Below, piece after piece: positions 26,853 through 35,715 of a DNA stretch of 49,944 nucleotides. Below the pieces are notes generated by a model. It saw nothing but the letters and a program-made list of their open reading frames with translations, did no database searches and was not told the origin of the DNA. The position numbers and the translations under genes are program-made. Position 1 is the first letter of the stretch. Each line of letters begins with the position of its first letter. The stretch is from Dehalococcoidia bacterium (GTDB taxonomy: Bacteria > Chloroflexota > Dehalococcoidia > GIF9 > AB-539-J10). The stretch covers positions 1 through 49,944 of the forward strand of contig JBGPRV010000001.1 of the NCBI GenBank assembly GCA_041489785.1. Direction: 5' to 3'.

Positions 26853-28280
26853 ATGGAACTAAAGCAATTCGTACCACGAATAACCCATGGGCTTCGTCAA
26901 GGGTTGGAACATGTTTATGGGTTTATCCCCCCTTCCATCCGCTATGGAAGCGTGTTCAGGGAAACCTATGCCTTCCTTCAGGAATCCCAATGGTGGAGTA
27001 GGGAGAAGCTAGAAGAATATCAGATTCAGCAATTGAGCACTCTTCTTAATCATGCCTATTCGAATGTGCCTTATTATCGAAGAGTTTTCGATGAAAGGGC
27101 ATTAAAGCCGAAGGATATTCTGAACGTAGATGACCTGGGGAAATTGCCCTACCTGACCAGGGATATCATCCAGGAGAACCTAAAGGATTTAATGGCAACG
27201 AACTACCACAAATCAAAGTTTCGTTATCTAACCACTGGTGGTTCTACCGGTAAGCCATTAGAATTTTATACCGAGAGGGGTGTAACTGAAGCCAAGGATT
27301 GGGCTTTTATGCTGACTCAATGGAAAATGGTAGGGATAACTTTGAGCGACAAAATCGCTGTCTTGAGAGGCAAAGTAGTTGACTCGGCCAACAAGGGTAA
27401 GTTTTGGGAATATAGTGCAGCGAGCAAGAAACTGATTCTGTCCTCTTATCATATGATAGACGAGACTATACCAAAATATGTTGAGAAAATCAGGAAGTTC
27501 AAGCCCGACTTCATTCAGGCTTACCCCTCAGTCGTTACAATCTTGGCGCGATTCATGAAGGAAAACAATGTTGAGCCCTTTCCCACAATCAAGGCAATAG
27601 TATGCGACTCAGAGAACCTATACACTTGGCAGAGAGAGATGCTGGAGAAAGTATTTCAATGCCGGTGTTTCGACTTCTACGGTCATGCTGAGCGAGCGGT
27701 TCTGGCCGGACAATGCGAAAAGGGCTCTTATTACCACCTGTTCTCAGAATATGGAGTTACAGAGATAATTGGCATTGATGGCAAGCCGGTTACTGACGAA
27801 AATAGGGGGGGCGAGGTTGTTGCTACTGCACTGAATAACTTCGTTTGCCCTCTGATAAGATACCGCACAATGGATTTGGCAGTGCCTACAAATGATAAAT
27901 GTGAGTGCGGACGGGGCTATGCGCTATTAAAGAAAATAGAGGGAAGGTTGCAACAGTTAATTGTTTCTAAAAGAAAAGACCTGTTACCTCTTACTGGGGC
28001 TTATGGCTTGGTTGCTAAATCCTCTGAAAATGTTAAAGAGGCTCAATTTTATCAGGACAAAGAGGGAGAAATTATTTTGAATATCATTGAAAGAGAAAGC
28101 TACACAGATAGAGATACTCGAAACATAAAAGATAGCTTCTATAGAAGGTTCGGAGATGAGTTCAACTTGAACATTCGTTTTGTGGAGTCTATTCCCCGTA
28201 CCCAGAGTGGAAAATACCGTTTCTTGATCCAGAAGCTGCCAATTGAGTTTGGGAACAAGGAAAATTTAGCTGCCGAATGA
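26853..28280 (+). CDS. PaaK/CapK-type adenylate-forming ligase (phenylacetate-CoA ligase / F390 synthetase family)
   Basis: YQIQQLSTLLNHAYSNVPYYRRVF...DDLGKLPYLTRDIIQEN...YLTTGGSTGKPLEFY is the family's N-terminal and P-loop-like pattern. AAGGAGA lies upstream of the ATG at 26853. The ORF track starts at a TTG at 26826. Confidence 0.85.
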   Translation: MELKQFVPRITHGLRQGLEHVYGFIPPSIRYGSVFRETYAFLQESQWWSREKLEEYQIQQLSTLLNHAYSNVPYYRRVFDERALKPKDILNVDDLGKLPYLTRDIIQENLKDLMATNYHKSKFRYLTTGGSTGKPLEFYTERGVTEAKDWAFMLTQWKMVGITLSDKIAVLRGKVVDSANKGKFWEYSAASKKLILSSYHMIDETIPKYVEKIRKFKPDFIQAYPSVVTILARFMKENNVEPFPTIKAIVCDSENLYTWQREMLEKVFQCRCFDFYGHAERAVLAGQCEKGSYYHLFSEYGVTEIIGIDGKPVTDENRGGEVVATALNNFVCPLIRYRTMDLAVPTNDKCECGRGYALLKKIEGRLQQLIVSKRKDLLPLTGAYGLVAKSSENVKEAQFYQDKEGEIILNIIERESYTDRDTRNIKDSFYRRFGDEFNLNIRFVESIPRTQSGKYRFLIQKLPIEFGNKENLAAE

Positions 28281-28479
28281 GCGAGGCAAAGGCGAAATAG
28301 TCAACCACTTTGTACTCTCCTTTTGGAAATATCATGACGAGTTATAGTACATACATTCGTCAGAATTGTTGAGTAACAAAAAGATGAAAAGTGTCCCAAA
28401 ATACGATAAACTAACGATGTCTAGGAGATGGACTATTAGGTAGTGTATCATTTTGAAAGTCAAACAAATTTTGAGCCCC

Positions 28480-28509
28480 TTGACATCCCCTTTGAAGGCA
28501 TAGTATATT
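28480..28509 (+). promoter_or_regulatory. sigma70-type promoter for the 28.5-29.6 kb cassette
   Basis: TTGACA (28480-28485), an 18-nt spacer, then TATATT (28504-28509), followed by GGAGAGG at 28524-28530. Confidence 0.5.
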
Positions 28510-28546
28510 CTTGGTAGTAAGTTGGAGAGGCGGTTTGCTGCGACCT

Positions 28547-28987
28547 ATGGTTGACCTTCTTCAGGAACTCACACTTGAACTAGCAGAGCATTGCCAAGCG
28601 CGAGGGTTAGATGCTGGCAAGGTGAATTCTGCTATTAAGGACATGCTAGGTGGTGACTCAATAGTCGACTTCTCTATCTGGTCTGGCCCTGTCCCGAAAA
28701 TCGCAGATGACCTAGTGCTTGATGTTTTTATCTTGGGTTCCCACTATCTTTATAATTATGAGCGAAGACCGTCCGAAATGGCCCATACGCTACCCTTGTG
28801 GAGGATACATTACCTGACTTTCAGGCCTGTAACGAGTGAGGACGACTTATATGTTCTCCTCATATACCACCCAGGAAAGGGTTCCCTCTTCTATCTTTGG
28901 ACACGCAGTCAAGGGCTTGACAGGGTCAAGAGATTCCGTCAAAGTCTTCTACTTGCAATGAAGAAAAATGGAAAGGAGAAGGATTAA
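28547..28987 (+). CDS. Hypothetical cytoplasmic protein (~146 aa)
   Basis: ORF downstream of the promoter above. Start is the ATG at 28547 or an in-frame TTG at 28535. The track start at 28511 would lie upstream of the predicted TSS. No recognisable motif. Confidence 0.55.
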   Translation: MVDLLQELTLELAEHCQARGLDAGKVNSAIKDMLGGDSIVDFSIWSGPVPKIADDLVLDVFILGSHYLYNYERRPSEMAHTLPLWRIHYLTFRPVTSEDDLYVLLIYHPGKGSLFYLWTRSQGLDRVKRFRQSLLLAMKKNGKEKD

Positions 28988-29353
28988 ATGTCCACTATCG
29001 ATATCGATTTGTCCATACAACCAACTGAAGGTATGTTTGAAATTCCCAAGGAGATACCACTGGAAGAACTCTCCCAAAAAAAACTTCGTGAATATTTATA
29101 CGCCTTAAAGAAAACGGCGTGGACTGCACTGACAACAATGCTGCTCTCAATTGTGGTTGGAGTGCCTGCGCTATGTGCCTTGATTGAATTTCTGCGAACT
29201 GGTGGGGCATTCATGCATCCATACCTAGCGATGTTCTTAACTCTCGGCTCAATAGGCTTATTCTCAATTTCTGTATTCTCTGCCTTTAGGGTAAAGAGTC
29301 AGCTGCAGTCCGCAGTGGGGGGGCTTTTACGAGTCTACCAAGAGACGCTCTGA
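28988..29353 (+). CDS. Small membrane protein (121 aa, two hydrophobic helices)
   Basis: The ATG abuts the upstream stop (TAAATG). An SD-like GGAGAAGGA lies upstream. Helices: ALTTMLLSIVVGVPALCALIEFL and YLAMFLTLGSIGLFSISVFSAF. Confidence 0.6.
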   Translation: MSTIDIDLSIQPTEGMFEIPKEIPLEELSQKKLREYLYALKKTAWTALTTMLLSIVVGVPALCALIEFLRTGGAFMHPYLAMFLTLGSIGLFSISVFSAFRVKSQLQSAVGGLLRVYQETL

Positions 29354-29358
29354 GGGCT

Positions 29359-29604
29359 GTGTCAACTTATTTGAGAACTGAAACTGGAGACCCAGTAGGC
29401 AGAGCAGACATTGCTATTGGTTTGCTCCTTCTAATCTTTGCTATTATTGGGACTGTGCCAAATTTAGTGTTGGAATTGGTTCGCTTGATCCTAAATAGAC
29501 AAGCACCAAGTTGGACAGCAGCAATACCATTAATTGCATTGGCATTTCTTGCACTTTTTTTCGACCGTAGCCTAAGGCTAATCCCTCCAAGGCGACCTCA
29601 CTAA
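29359..29604 (+). CDS. Small membrane protein (81 aa, GTG start)
   Basis: Two hydrophobic helices (IAIGLLLLIFAIIGTVPNLVL, AAIPLIALAFLALFF). The GTG start has a poorly spaced SD. Confidence 0.4.
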   Translation: MSTYLRTETGDPVGRADIAIGLLLLIFAIIGTVPNLVLELVRLILNRQAPSWTAAIPLIALAFLALFFDRSLRLIPPRRPH

Positions 29605-29612
29605 CTTACACA

Positions 29613-30449
29613 TCAATGAATTAGGGATATTATTTCTTCGATAGTCCAACTATGATTAGTTAACTTGGCTGCCATTGCTGGTGTTTTCGGATATGGATTA
29701 GTTAAGGTCTTGTGTGGGCGAGCGAAGTTGTAATGCATGAAGTAAAGAGCTAAAGCGTATTCGTGGTTTTTCAATTTCTTTGAAAAGGCATTGGTTAATC
29801 TCGTGAACCGCCTCATGCTCATTCGCATTGTAAGATTCTGGCGCTCTACATAGCTTGTCGAAATCGCTTCAGAATCAGGCTTGCCTTGTACAGTATGCTT
29901 TTGAGCACTTATGCATTTAGCCAAGCTGTAACGCCTTGCGCCTTCAGATTCTTGTCCATATAACTTAACAAGCATCCCATAATCTATATCTGCACCAAAG
30001 GCGTGTTCGACTGCTTCTAAATACATTGCGTGTCCATCGGTAGTGAGTTGAACTCTATTTGCTAATCTGTTCTTTAAATTATTAAGGAACTCATAGGCAG
30101 AATGTTCGTTTCTTAATCCAACTAACCAAGTAGGAACTAACTTTGTATCGGCGTCTATGGCTGTGAATGTCCAGACATCGCCATAACCAAATTCGCCATT
30201 ATGCTGTGCCGGTACATTCTTATCCTTTGCGTAAACGAAACTCCAGATTTCATCGCATTGGAGCTTTTTGCATGGTAAATTGCACATCGTTTTATCCTGA
30301 TACTCTAGGCAAGCAGCACCAACTTCTCTGAGTAGTTTAATGACCGTATTAATGGCTGTTCCGGTTATGCGAGCGGTACTGCGTATGGAGTTACCTTCAC
30401 AGAGGACTTTTATTATTTGTGCTTGGCGGTCTACATTTAGTTTATTCAT
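29613..30449 (-). CDS. IS1-family transposase (HTH fused to DDE domain)
   Basis: The N-terminal HTH-like segment is GNSIRSTARITGTAINTVIKLL. IS1/InsB-type motifs are CDEIWSFVYAKDKN, WTFTAIDADTKL and VERQNLTMRMSMRRFTRLTNAFSKKLKNH...YNFARPH. Terminal inverted repeats were not found by eye. Confidence 0.8.
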   Translation of the reverse strand: MNKLNVDRQAQIIKVLCEGNSIRSTARITGTAINTVIKLLREVGAACLEYQDKTMCNLPCKKLQCDEIWSFVYAKDKNVPAQHNGEFGYGDVWTFTAIDADTKLVPTWLVGLRNEHSAYEFLNNLKNRLANRVQLTTDGHAMYLEAVEHAFGADIDYGMLVKLYGQESEGARRYSLAKCISAQKHTVQGKPDSEAISTSYVERQNLTMRMSMRRFTRLTNAFSKKLKNHEYALALYFMHYNFARPHKTLTNPYPKTPAMAAKLTNHSWTIEEIISLIH

Positions 30450-30478
30450 GTTCCTATCCTCTTATTCTAATTGATTAA

Positions 30479-30507
30479 ATTATAGCACATCGCTCAAGCA
30501 TTGTCAA
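30479..30507 (-). promoter_or_regulatory. Consensus sigma70 promoter of the transposase gene
   Basis: The minus strand reads TATTGACAatgcttgagcgatgtgcTATAAT: TTGACA at 30502-30507, a 17-nt spacer, TATAAT at 30479-30484. The ATG is at 30449. Confidence 0.6.
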
Positions 30508-30626
30508 TACCTTTACACTAATATTTTGGAATAAATTTTACATACTCGTCATGTCTACTCTTGACTTTATGCTTGGTCTATGATAATATTTTTGTAGAGA
30601 AATTACAAACAGTGAGGTGATTATAG

Positions 30627-31391
30627 ATGTTTGAAGAAAATGACGAAAATATTAGCGCCTTAAAAGAGGAAATTAAGAAGGATTTCTCACAGATTACTCC
30701 GATAATTTATACAGTTCTTGAGACTGCCCAATCTGTTGTTCCTGAGTGCATAGAGTTATTTAATAAACATTGTGGCAATGACAGCCCAGATGCAGGGAAG
30801 ATATACCGGTTGATCCATCCATCATTGATGAGAGCCATAATGCAGATATTACTCAATAGTAAGAATCTAAAAACTAAAGCAGTAATTGACCATGATAACT
30901 ACGATATAAAAGCTGATTGGGAACGTATAATATTGTCAAACAATGGGTTGGCTGGCAAGTATGCTGGCCGTAATTACAGACTTCTGAAAGCATTGAGGAG
31001 TAAAATAATTGGGAACATATTGCCCCCACCTGGGCAATCAAGAAAGAAAAGCAATTACTACTGTAACAGTCATCTTCAACAGTTTAGAATGCCTCTTTAC
31101 CCCTCTGAGGGAGGTTGCGAACTACCAAAGCACAACGTAATATACTTATGGGATAATCCGACTGCAAATTCAGTATCTTTATACTTGGTTTGCCCAAAAT
31201 GGGGAAAGGGCAATAAGGCAGTAGCTTATTTCATTGACCCTATTGAACATCCTGCACTTTCAATTAGACCACCTGTTGAACCGGACGAAATAGTGTCAGA
31301 GCTTGACCTTGAAAAGTTACGATATGATATAAATATTTTATTGAACGGAGACACCCAAGATGAATCAAACGAGAACGATTTACGGGAGTAG
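30627..31391 (+). CDS. Hypothetical 254-aa protein, translationally overlapped with the HTH-ImmA gene
   Basis: GAGGTGA SD. No recognisable motif. The 3' end overlaps the next gene by 32 nt. Confidence 0.65.
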   Translation: MFEENDENISALKEEIKKDFSQITPIIYTVLETAQSVVPECIELFNKHCGNDSPDAGKIYRLIHPSLMRAIMQILLNSKNLKTKAVIDHDNYDIKADWERIILSNNGLAGKYAGRNYRLLKALRSKIIGNILPPPGQSRKKSNYYCNSHLQQFRMPLYPSEGGCELPKHNVIYLWDNPTANSVSLYLVCPKWGKGNKAVAYFIDPIEHPALSIRPPVEPDEIVSELDLEKLRYDINILLNGDTQDESNENDLRE

Positions 31392-32391
31392 AATTGAGCA
31401 AGCCCGTAAGCTTAGCGGGTACACACAGAAACAACTTGCCGAAAAGATAGGTGTCAATCAATCAGCTATTGCTCAGTATGAGAAGGGGAAAACCATCCCT
31501 TCTGATGATGCACTAAAAGCGATTGCTGAGTTAACCCGCTTCTTACCCTCTTTTTTTGAACTTGCTCCATTGGATGAATTCCCCGAAGGAAGCTTAGCAT
31601 ATAGGGCATTAAGGTCTGTAACAGCAAAGGAAGCAGACAAGGCATATTTTAATGCCAAATTGATGTACGAACATATTTCTATAATGGCAAGGTCTTTCGT
31701 TCTACCCCGTGTACAACTGCCCCTACTAGGGGAAAAAGCTGAGAGGTCTGCTGAGATAACAAGAGCATCACTCGGGATAGCACCTGATTTACCCATTAAG
31801 GACCTCACTAACCTATTGGAGAGAAATGGCGTTGTCATATTGTCACTACCTATATTCCTCAAAAAGATAGATGCTTTTTCGACTTGGGTAGAACTTCAAG
31901 GTAACCGTCCCATCATTGCAGAAAGTTTTGGCAAACCTGGAGACAGAGTAAGATTCAGCATAGCTCACGAACTTGGACATCTTGTAATGCATCATCCGCC
32001 GAAAATAACTATTAAACTTATGGAGAAAGAAGCAAATAACTTCGCATCATCCTTTTTACTACCAAAGTGCGTTATGGATAGTGAACTTATTAAGCCTCTC
32101 TCTCTATATACCTTAGCCCAATTAAAGCTAAAATGGGGTGTATCCATGCAAGCTCTAATTTTTAGGGCACGTGATTTGAAGATAATAACTGAACGGCAGG
32201 CTACTTACCTTTTCACCCAAATGGCAAGTCATGGTTGGAAAACACGTGAACCTAATAACCTGGACATCAAGATTGAGACGCCACAACTATTCCGTAAGAT
32301 GATTGATGGATTATACGATAGCCCGGACAAATACGCTGCAGATATGTGTCTTAGTGATAGTCGTGTTTCAGAAATGACATTATTCGCTTAG
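31360..32391 (+). CDS. XRE-type HTH fused to an ImmA/IrrE-family zinc metallopeptidase
   Basis: HTH: RIEQARKLSGYTQKQLAEKIGVNQSAIAQYEKG. Peptidase: HEXXH motif in FSIAHELGHLVMH followed by EKEANNFASSFLLP (COG2856-like). Confidence 0.85.
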   Translation: MNQTRTIYGSRIEQARKLSGYTQKQLAEKIGVNQSAIAQYEKGKTIPSDDALKAIAELTRFLPSFFELAPLDEFPEGSLAYRALRSVTAKEADKAYFNAKLMYEHISIMARSFVLPRVQLPLLGEKAERSAEITRASLGIAPDLPIKDLTNLLERNGVVILSLPIFLKKIDAFSTWVELQGNRPIIAESFGKPGDRVRFSIAHELGHLVMHHPPKITIKLMEKEANNFASSFLLPKCVMDSELIKPLSLYTLAQLKLKWGVSMQALIFRARDLKIITERQATYLFTQMASHGWKTREPNNLDIKIETPQLFRKMIDGLYDSPDKYAADMCLSDSRVSEMTLFA

Positions 32392-32637
32392 TTTTGCTTT
32401 GCTCCAGCGTGCCTTAGCTGCTTTTTGAGCTATTTCTTTGCGTTGCTCAGGTGTTAGCTTGTTAGCCCTAGCATGACCACCTTTTATCCCCCCAAGATGA
32501 CCTAGGGCCTTAGCGTCAAACGTCTTTGCTTTGGTTGCTGGGTTGGTCTGTTCAGGTTCAATTTGCCCCGTTGCTTCCTGTACTACCCTAAAAGCGGTAA
32601 CGGCAAAGTCGTGTTCTTTTTTCTTATGCCTTGCCAT
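32380..32637 (-). CDS. Small basic protein (~85 aa) with a GGIKGGHARANKLTPEQRKEIAQKAAKARW tail
   Basis: The ATG at 32637 (MARHKKKEHD...) is preferred over the track's GTG at 32655. The Lys/Arg-rich C-terminal motif is common in small MGE-encoded proteins. Function is unknown. Confidence 0.5.
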   Translation of the reverse strand: MARHKKKEHDFAVTAFRVVQEATGQIEPEQTNPATKAKTFDAKALGHLGGIKGGHARANKLTPEQRKEIAQKAAKARWSKAKLSE

Positions 32638-32740
32638 ATTATAAGCGTAAACCACCGCTCAAGCATTGTCAATAACTGGAGATTTCAAAATGATACACTA
32701 CCGACTATTAGCCCCCGCTAAAAAGGAATAGGAGCACGCG

Positions 32741-32980
32741 ATGAAGCAAGATCTATTCGCTAATGTCAGTCCGGAGCGCAAACGAGGGAGCCAGACTCGA
32801 GATTCAGTCACGGGAACAGTCTATCCATCTCGAAACAAGACATACCAAGCGTTGGCTTACAGTTTTGGACTAGACCCAAACGACCAATACGGCTGGTATA
32901 CATTGTGCCGCATGTTCCCAGGGCGCTTTGTAGATGTGAAGATGGGTAGGCCGATAGACTCTAATGGAAGTCTCATTTGA
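32741..32980 (+). CDS. Hypothetical 79-aa protein
   Basis: AGGAG 6 nt upstream of the ATG. No motif recognised. Confidence 0.45.
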   Translation: MKQDLFANVSPERKRGSQTRDSVTGTVYPSRNKTYQALAYSFGLDPNDQYGWYTLCRMFPGRFVDVKMGRPIDSNGSLI

Positions 32981-33125
32981 GGGCTGGTCTCGGTTGCACC
33001 TTCTGGTTTTTGGTTCAAATCGGTAACCTCTGACCACAGATTTCCATCGCAGCTTTGTATCTAATTCATACTCAGATTACAATAGTGTCAACTGCTATAC
33101 TACAGGCTGAGGAGCAACGGACTTT

Positions 33126-34697
33126 ATGACCAAGGAACGGATTCATCATATCCAAGCAGTTGTGGGGCCTTTGTATCGTATGGTTGATACTGATCCCATT
33201 GGAGCAGTCAAGCAAGCACGTTCCTTGGAAACCACTCAGCACCTTGATCAGAGTGAAGTAGACGCCATTAAGGGCGCGATTTTCATCGACGCGGGTAATA
33301 AGCTGCAGGATGCCGAGGTTGTCTCCGAAGGAGTCGCTTTGATACGCGCGCTTCAGAAGCTGCATCCCGAACGGATGGATATCACATACAATCTTGCGAA
33401 CGGGTTGAGCGCTCTAGCTCAGATTACGAAGCTCCCCATGGGGCAGTGGTACTTAAAGACGTCGGATTATCGACGGGATGCTAAATTACATTTTGAGTCA
33501 GTCGGACAATCGAAGCAGGCAGAATCCGGTATAAAGGCACGTGCCAAGACTAATCAGGCGAACCTACTTAACCAATCGTTCCGATGGCTGGAAGCGTATG
33601 AACTCTACCGGGAAGCAATCCGACTTGACCCAAAGAATGTAATCGCGGCATCAGGTGCGGTCAAATTGTTATTACACGCCGCCGATAGAAGACTTGGCCA
33701 CAGCAAGATACTCAAAGCTTTGGCGGCACGATATCTTCGGCTGTTCCGTGAGCATCAGAGCCTGCTAAGTGAATACGGGGGAAGTCATGCAGAGAAGATA
33801 CTTGACGAATTGCCAAGCGGTCTTGATATAGATGTAGATGTCCATTGGCCGCCAGACCTAAGCAAGGCAGACGATTTTACCAAATTTGTTGCCGGTAATG
33901 ACCTGTCTTTATCGTTGACTATCGAGGGTTTGAATCCGGATCTCCGTTATTGGGATTCTCTCTCTATTCAGTCAATTCATGAGGATTTAGATACACCGTA
34001 TGGCGTGCCTCCGATATTTGCGATGTTCAACGTGCTGAAGGCTGACTATTTGGCTGCACGTTGGCTTGCCTACCAAGCTATCCTCGATCTCGCTCGGGAG
34101 AGTGGGTCGTATGCCGATACCCTTGACTACGCCATGTACGGCATTTGTGAAAGCCTCTTCACGCTTGCACAGCGTTCTGCGATTGATATCTTGGACCGAA
34201 TAGCTGTTGCTGCAAGTGAGTACTTGGGACTAAAGGAGTTGCCGAGTTCTATCTATTTCTGGAAACGATGGCACGTTACTGAAGGCCGTAGTCTGAAGAG
34301 ACCATTAGAATGGCAACCCGTCATCACAAATGAGATTGATAAAGGAAATACCGCTCTGATTGCTCTTGCCGAATTAGCAGAAGACATTGCAGTCGGTGGA
34401 TATTTGCAGCCCAAACGGACGCTTCGGCACGAATCAACGCACCGATTTGTCATTCTACATGATATGGGAGGCTCTGACTCCCGGGAAAGTCGGTACGTTA
34501 CGCATTTTAATGTGGAGGATTTTAAAATACAGACAATTAGTGCTCTTAAGCTTGTGCGCGCTGCCTTGTTTTATTTCGTTGAGATGATCACCATTCACGA
34601 GACACAACTTGAAAGAGAAGAAGGGTTCTCTGTACCATTGGAGGTACCACCACATCATTGGATTCGCGGTGACGAGGAGCAAGCAAGTGGATTGTGA
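33126..34697 (+). CDS. TPR-like N-terminal region plus C-terminal HEPN-like domain (LA2681-type architecture)
   Basis: The helical repeat region includes NQANLLNQSFRWLEAYELYREAIRLDPKN. The C-terminal KRTLRHESTHRFVILHD contains an Rx4H HEPN motif (R-HEST-H). Confidence 0.6.
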   Translation: MTKERIHHIQAVVGPLYRMVDTDPIGAVKQARSLETTQHLDQSEVDAIKGAIFIDAGNKLQDAEVVSEGVALIRALQKLHPERMDITYNLANGLSALAQITKLPMGQWYLKTSDYRRDAKLHFESVGQSKQAESGIKARAKTNQANLLNQSFRWLEAYELYREAIRLDPKNVIAASGAVKLLLHAADRRLGHSKILKALAARYLRLFREHQSLLSEYGGSHAEKILDELPSGLDIDVDVHWPPDLSKADDFTKFVAGNDLSLSLTIEGLNPDLRYWDSLSIQSIHEDLDTPYGVPPIFAMFNVLKADYLAARWLAYQAILDLARESGSYADTLDYAMYGICESLFTLAQRSAIDILDRIAVAASEYLGLKELPSSIYFWKRWHVTEGRSLKRPLEWQPVITNEIDKGNTALIALAELAEDIAVGGYLQPKRTLRHESTHRFVILHDMGGSDSRESRYVTHFNVEDFKIQTISALKLVRAALFYFVEMITIHETQLEREEGFSVPLEVPPHHWIRGDEEQASGL

Positions 34698-35121
34698 GGA
34701 ACATAAGCATTGTTGGCAAAGGCGGGGGGGGGGGTGAAGGAATGAGGTGGTCACTGGAGTTTGGACGGGTTATTAAGAGCGGTTCTGCTCTTGAAATATA
34801 AGACAGCTAGAGACTATTCGGTAGAACACTTTTATCCAACACAACATTAGTCCAAGGACTTTCTCTGTCGCAAGCCAACTGCCTGCTGAAAGTTCAAAGA
34901 AAGCATGCGTGCCTGCACTTTGTGACGTTCTGTGTGATATGCCTGATTGCCATTGCGCCAAACTGACTTTGGTGCACTAATCAAAATCTAGGCGGTCTTT
35001 CATGGTGGCTAAGGTGTTTTGCCTGTGGGTTGAAACGGGGAGCATGTCTTGTCCTACACGGATTATTGCGGATCCCGCGGAGTTGCTCTATGCCAGCTAG
35101 CATAAGCAAAGTCAACTGTCC

Positions 35122-35715
35122 TCATCCTATTGTCTTTCTCCTCTTCCCACCCTGACGTTTAGTCCCGGGAGTGGGGAGCCGCGTTTGCTCGTGCCGCCGT
35201 TTCATTAAATAGTCATGCTGTTGCTCGGAATCATTTTTAAGCATTCCCTCTACGTCCGCTCCGGGATTGAGATATTCAAGTAGCTTGTAGTTTACCATCT
35301 TGAACAGACTAGCAAAGGTACGCTTGTCCTTATATGGTAGTGGCGACATGCCTTGCTGCATAAACTCCCAGGTTGCTATATTTGCTGGTTTAAGGATGTT
35401 CTCCGCCTTGCTGGTGAGAAACACATTTACTACCCTGCGGTCACTCCTGTCTCTTACCCTTCTGAGCAGACCAGCTTTGACCATGCGGTCGGCTATCATA
35501 CTGACGCTGTTTGCGCTACGTTCTAACCACCGGGCTACATCAGTTATTCTAACAGGCGCATCACCGTATTTTATAGTCACAAGTACTAAATACTGCTCCA
35601 TGGTAAGCCCTTGTTCCTTAAGTATTTGGTCCAAACAATTCTTAAACCGGGTGTAGGTTTGGTACATCATGCGCCACAATGTCACACTTAGATCTTCAAG
35701 TTCAGAATCTACCAT
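35122..35715 (-). CDS. MarR-family transcriptional regulator with a basic C-terminal tail
   Basis: Winged-helix pattern LTMEQYLVLVTIKYGDAPVRITDVARWLERSANSVSMIADRMVKAGLLRRVRDRSDRRVV. AAGGAGAGG SD before the ATG at 35715. The ORF track begins further upstream, at 35790. Confidence 0.85.
   Translation of the reverse strand: MVDSELEDLSVTLWRMMYQTYTRFKNCLDQILKEQGLTMEQYLVLVTIKYGDAPVRITDVARWLERSANSVSMIADRMVKAGLLRRVRDRSDRRVVNVFLTSKAENILKPANIATWEFMQQGMSPLPYKDKRTFASLFKMVNYKLLEYLNPGADVEGMLKNDSEQQHDYLMKRRHEQTRLPTPGTKRQGGKRRKTIG

Noticed and set aside
29560-30560. Search for terminal inverted repeats and target-site duplication of the IS1-family element
   Set aside because: I found no convincing inverted match by eye between the region left of 29613 and the region right of 30449. 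The IS boundaries are therefore left undefined rather than guessed.
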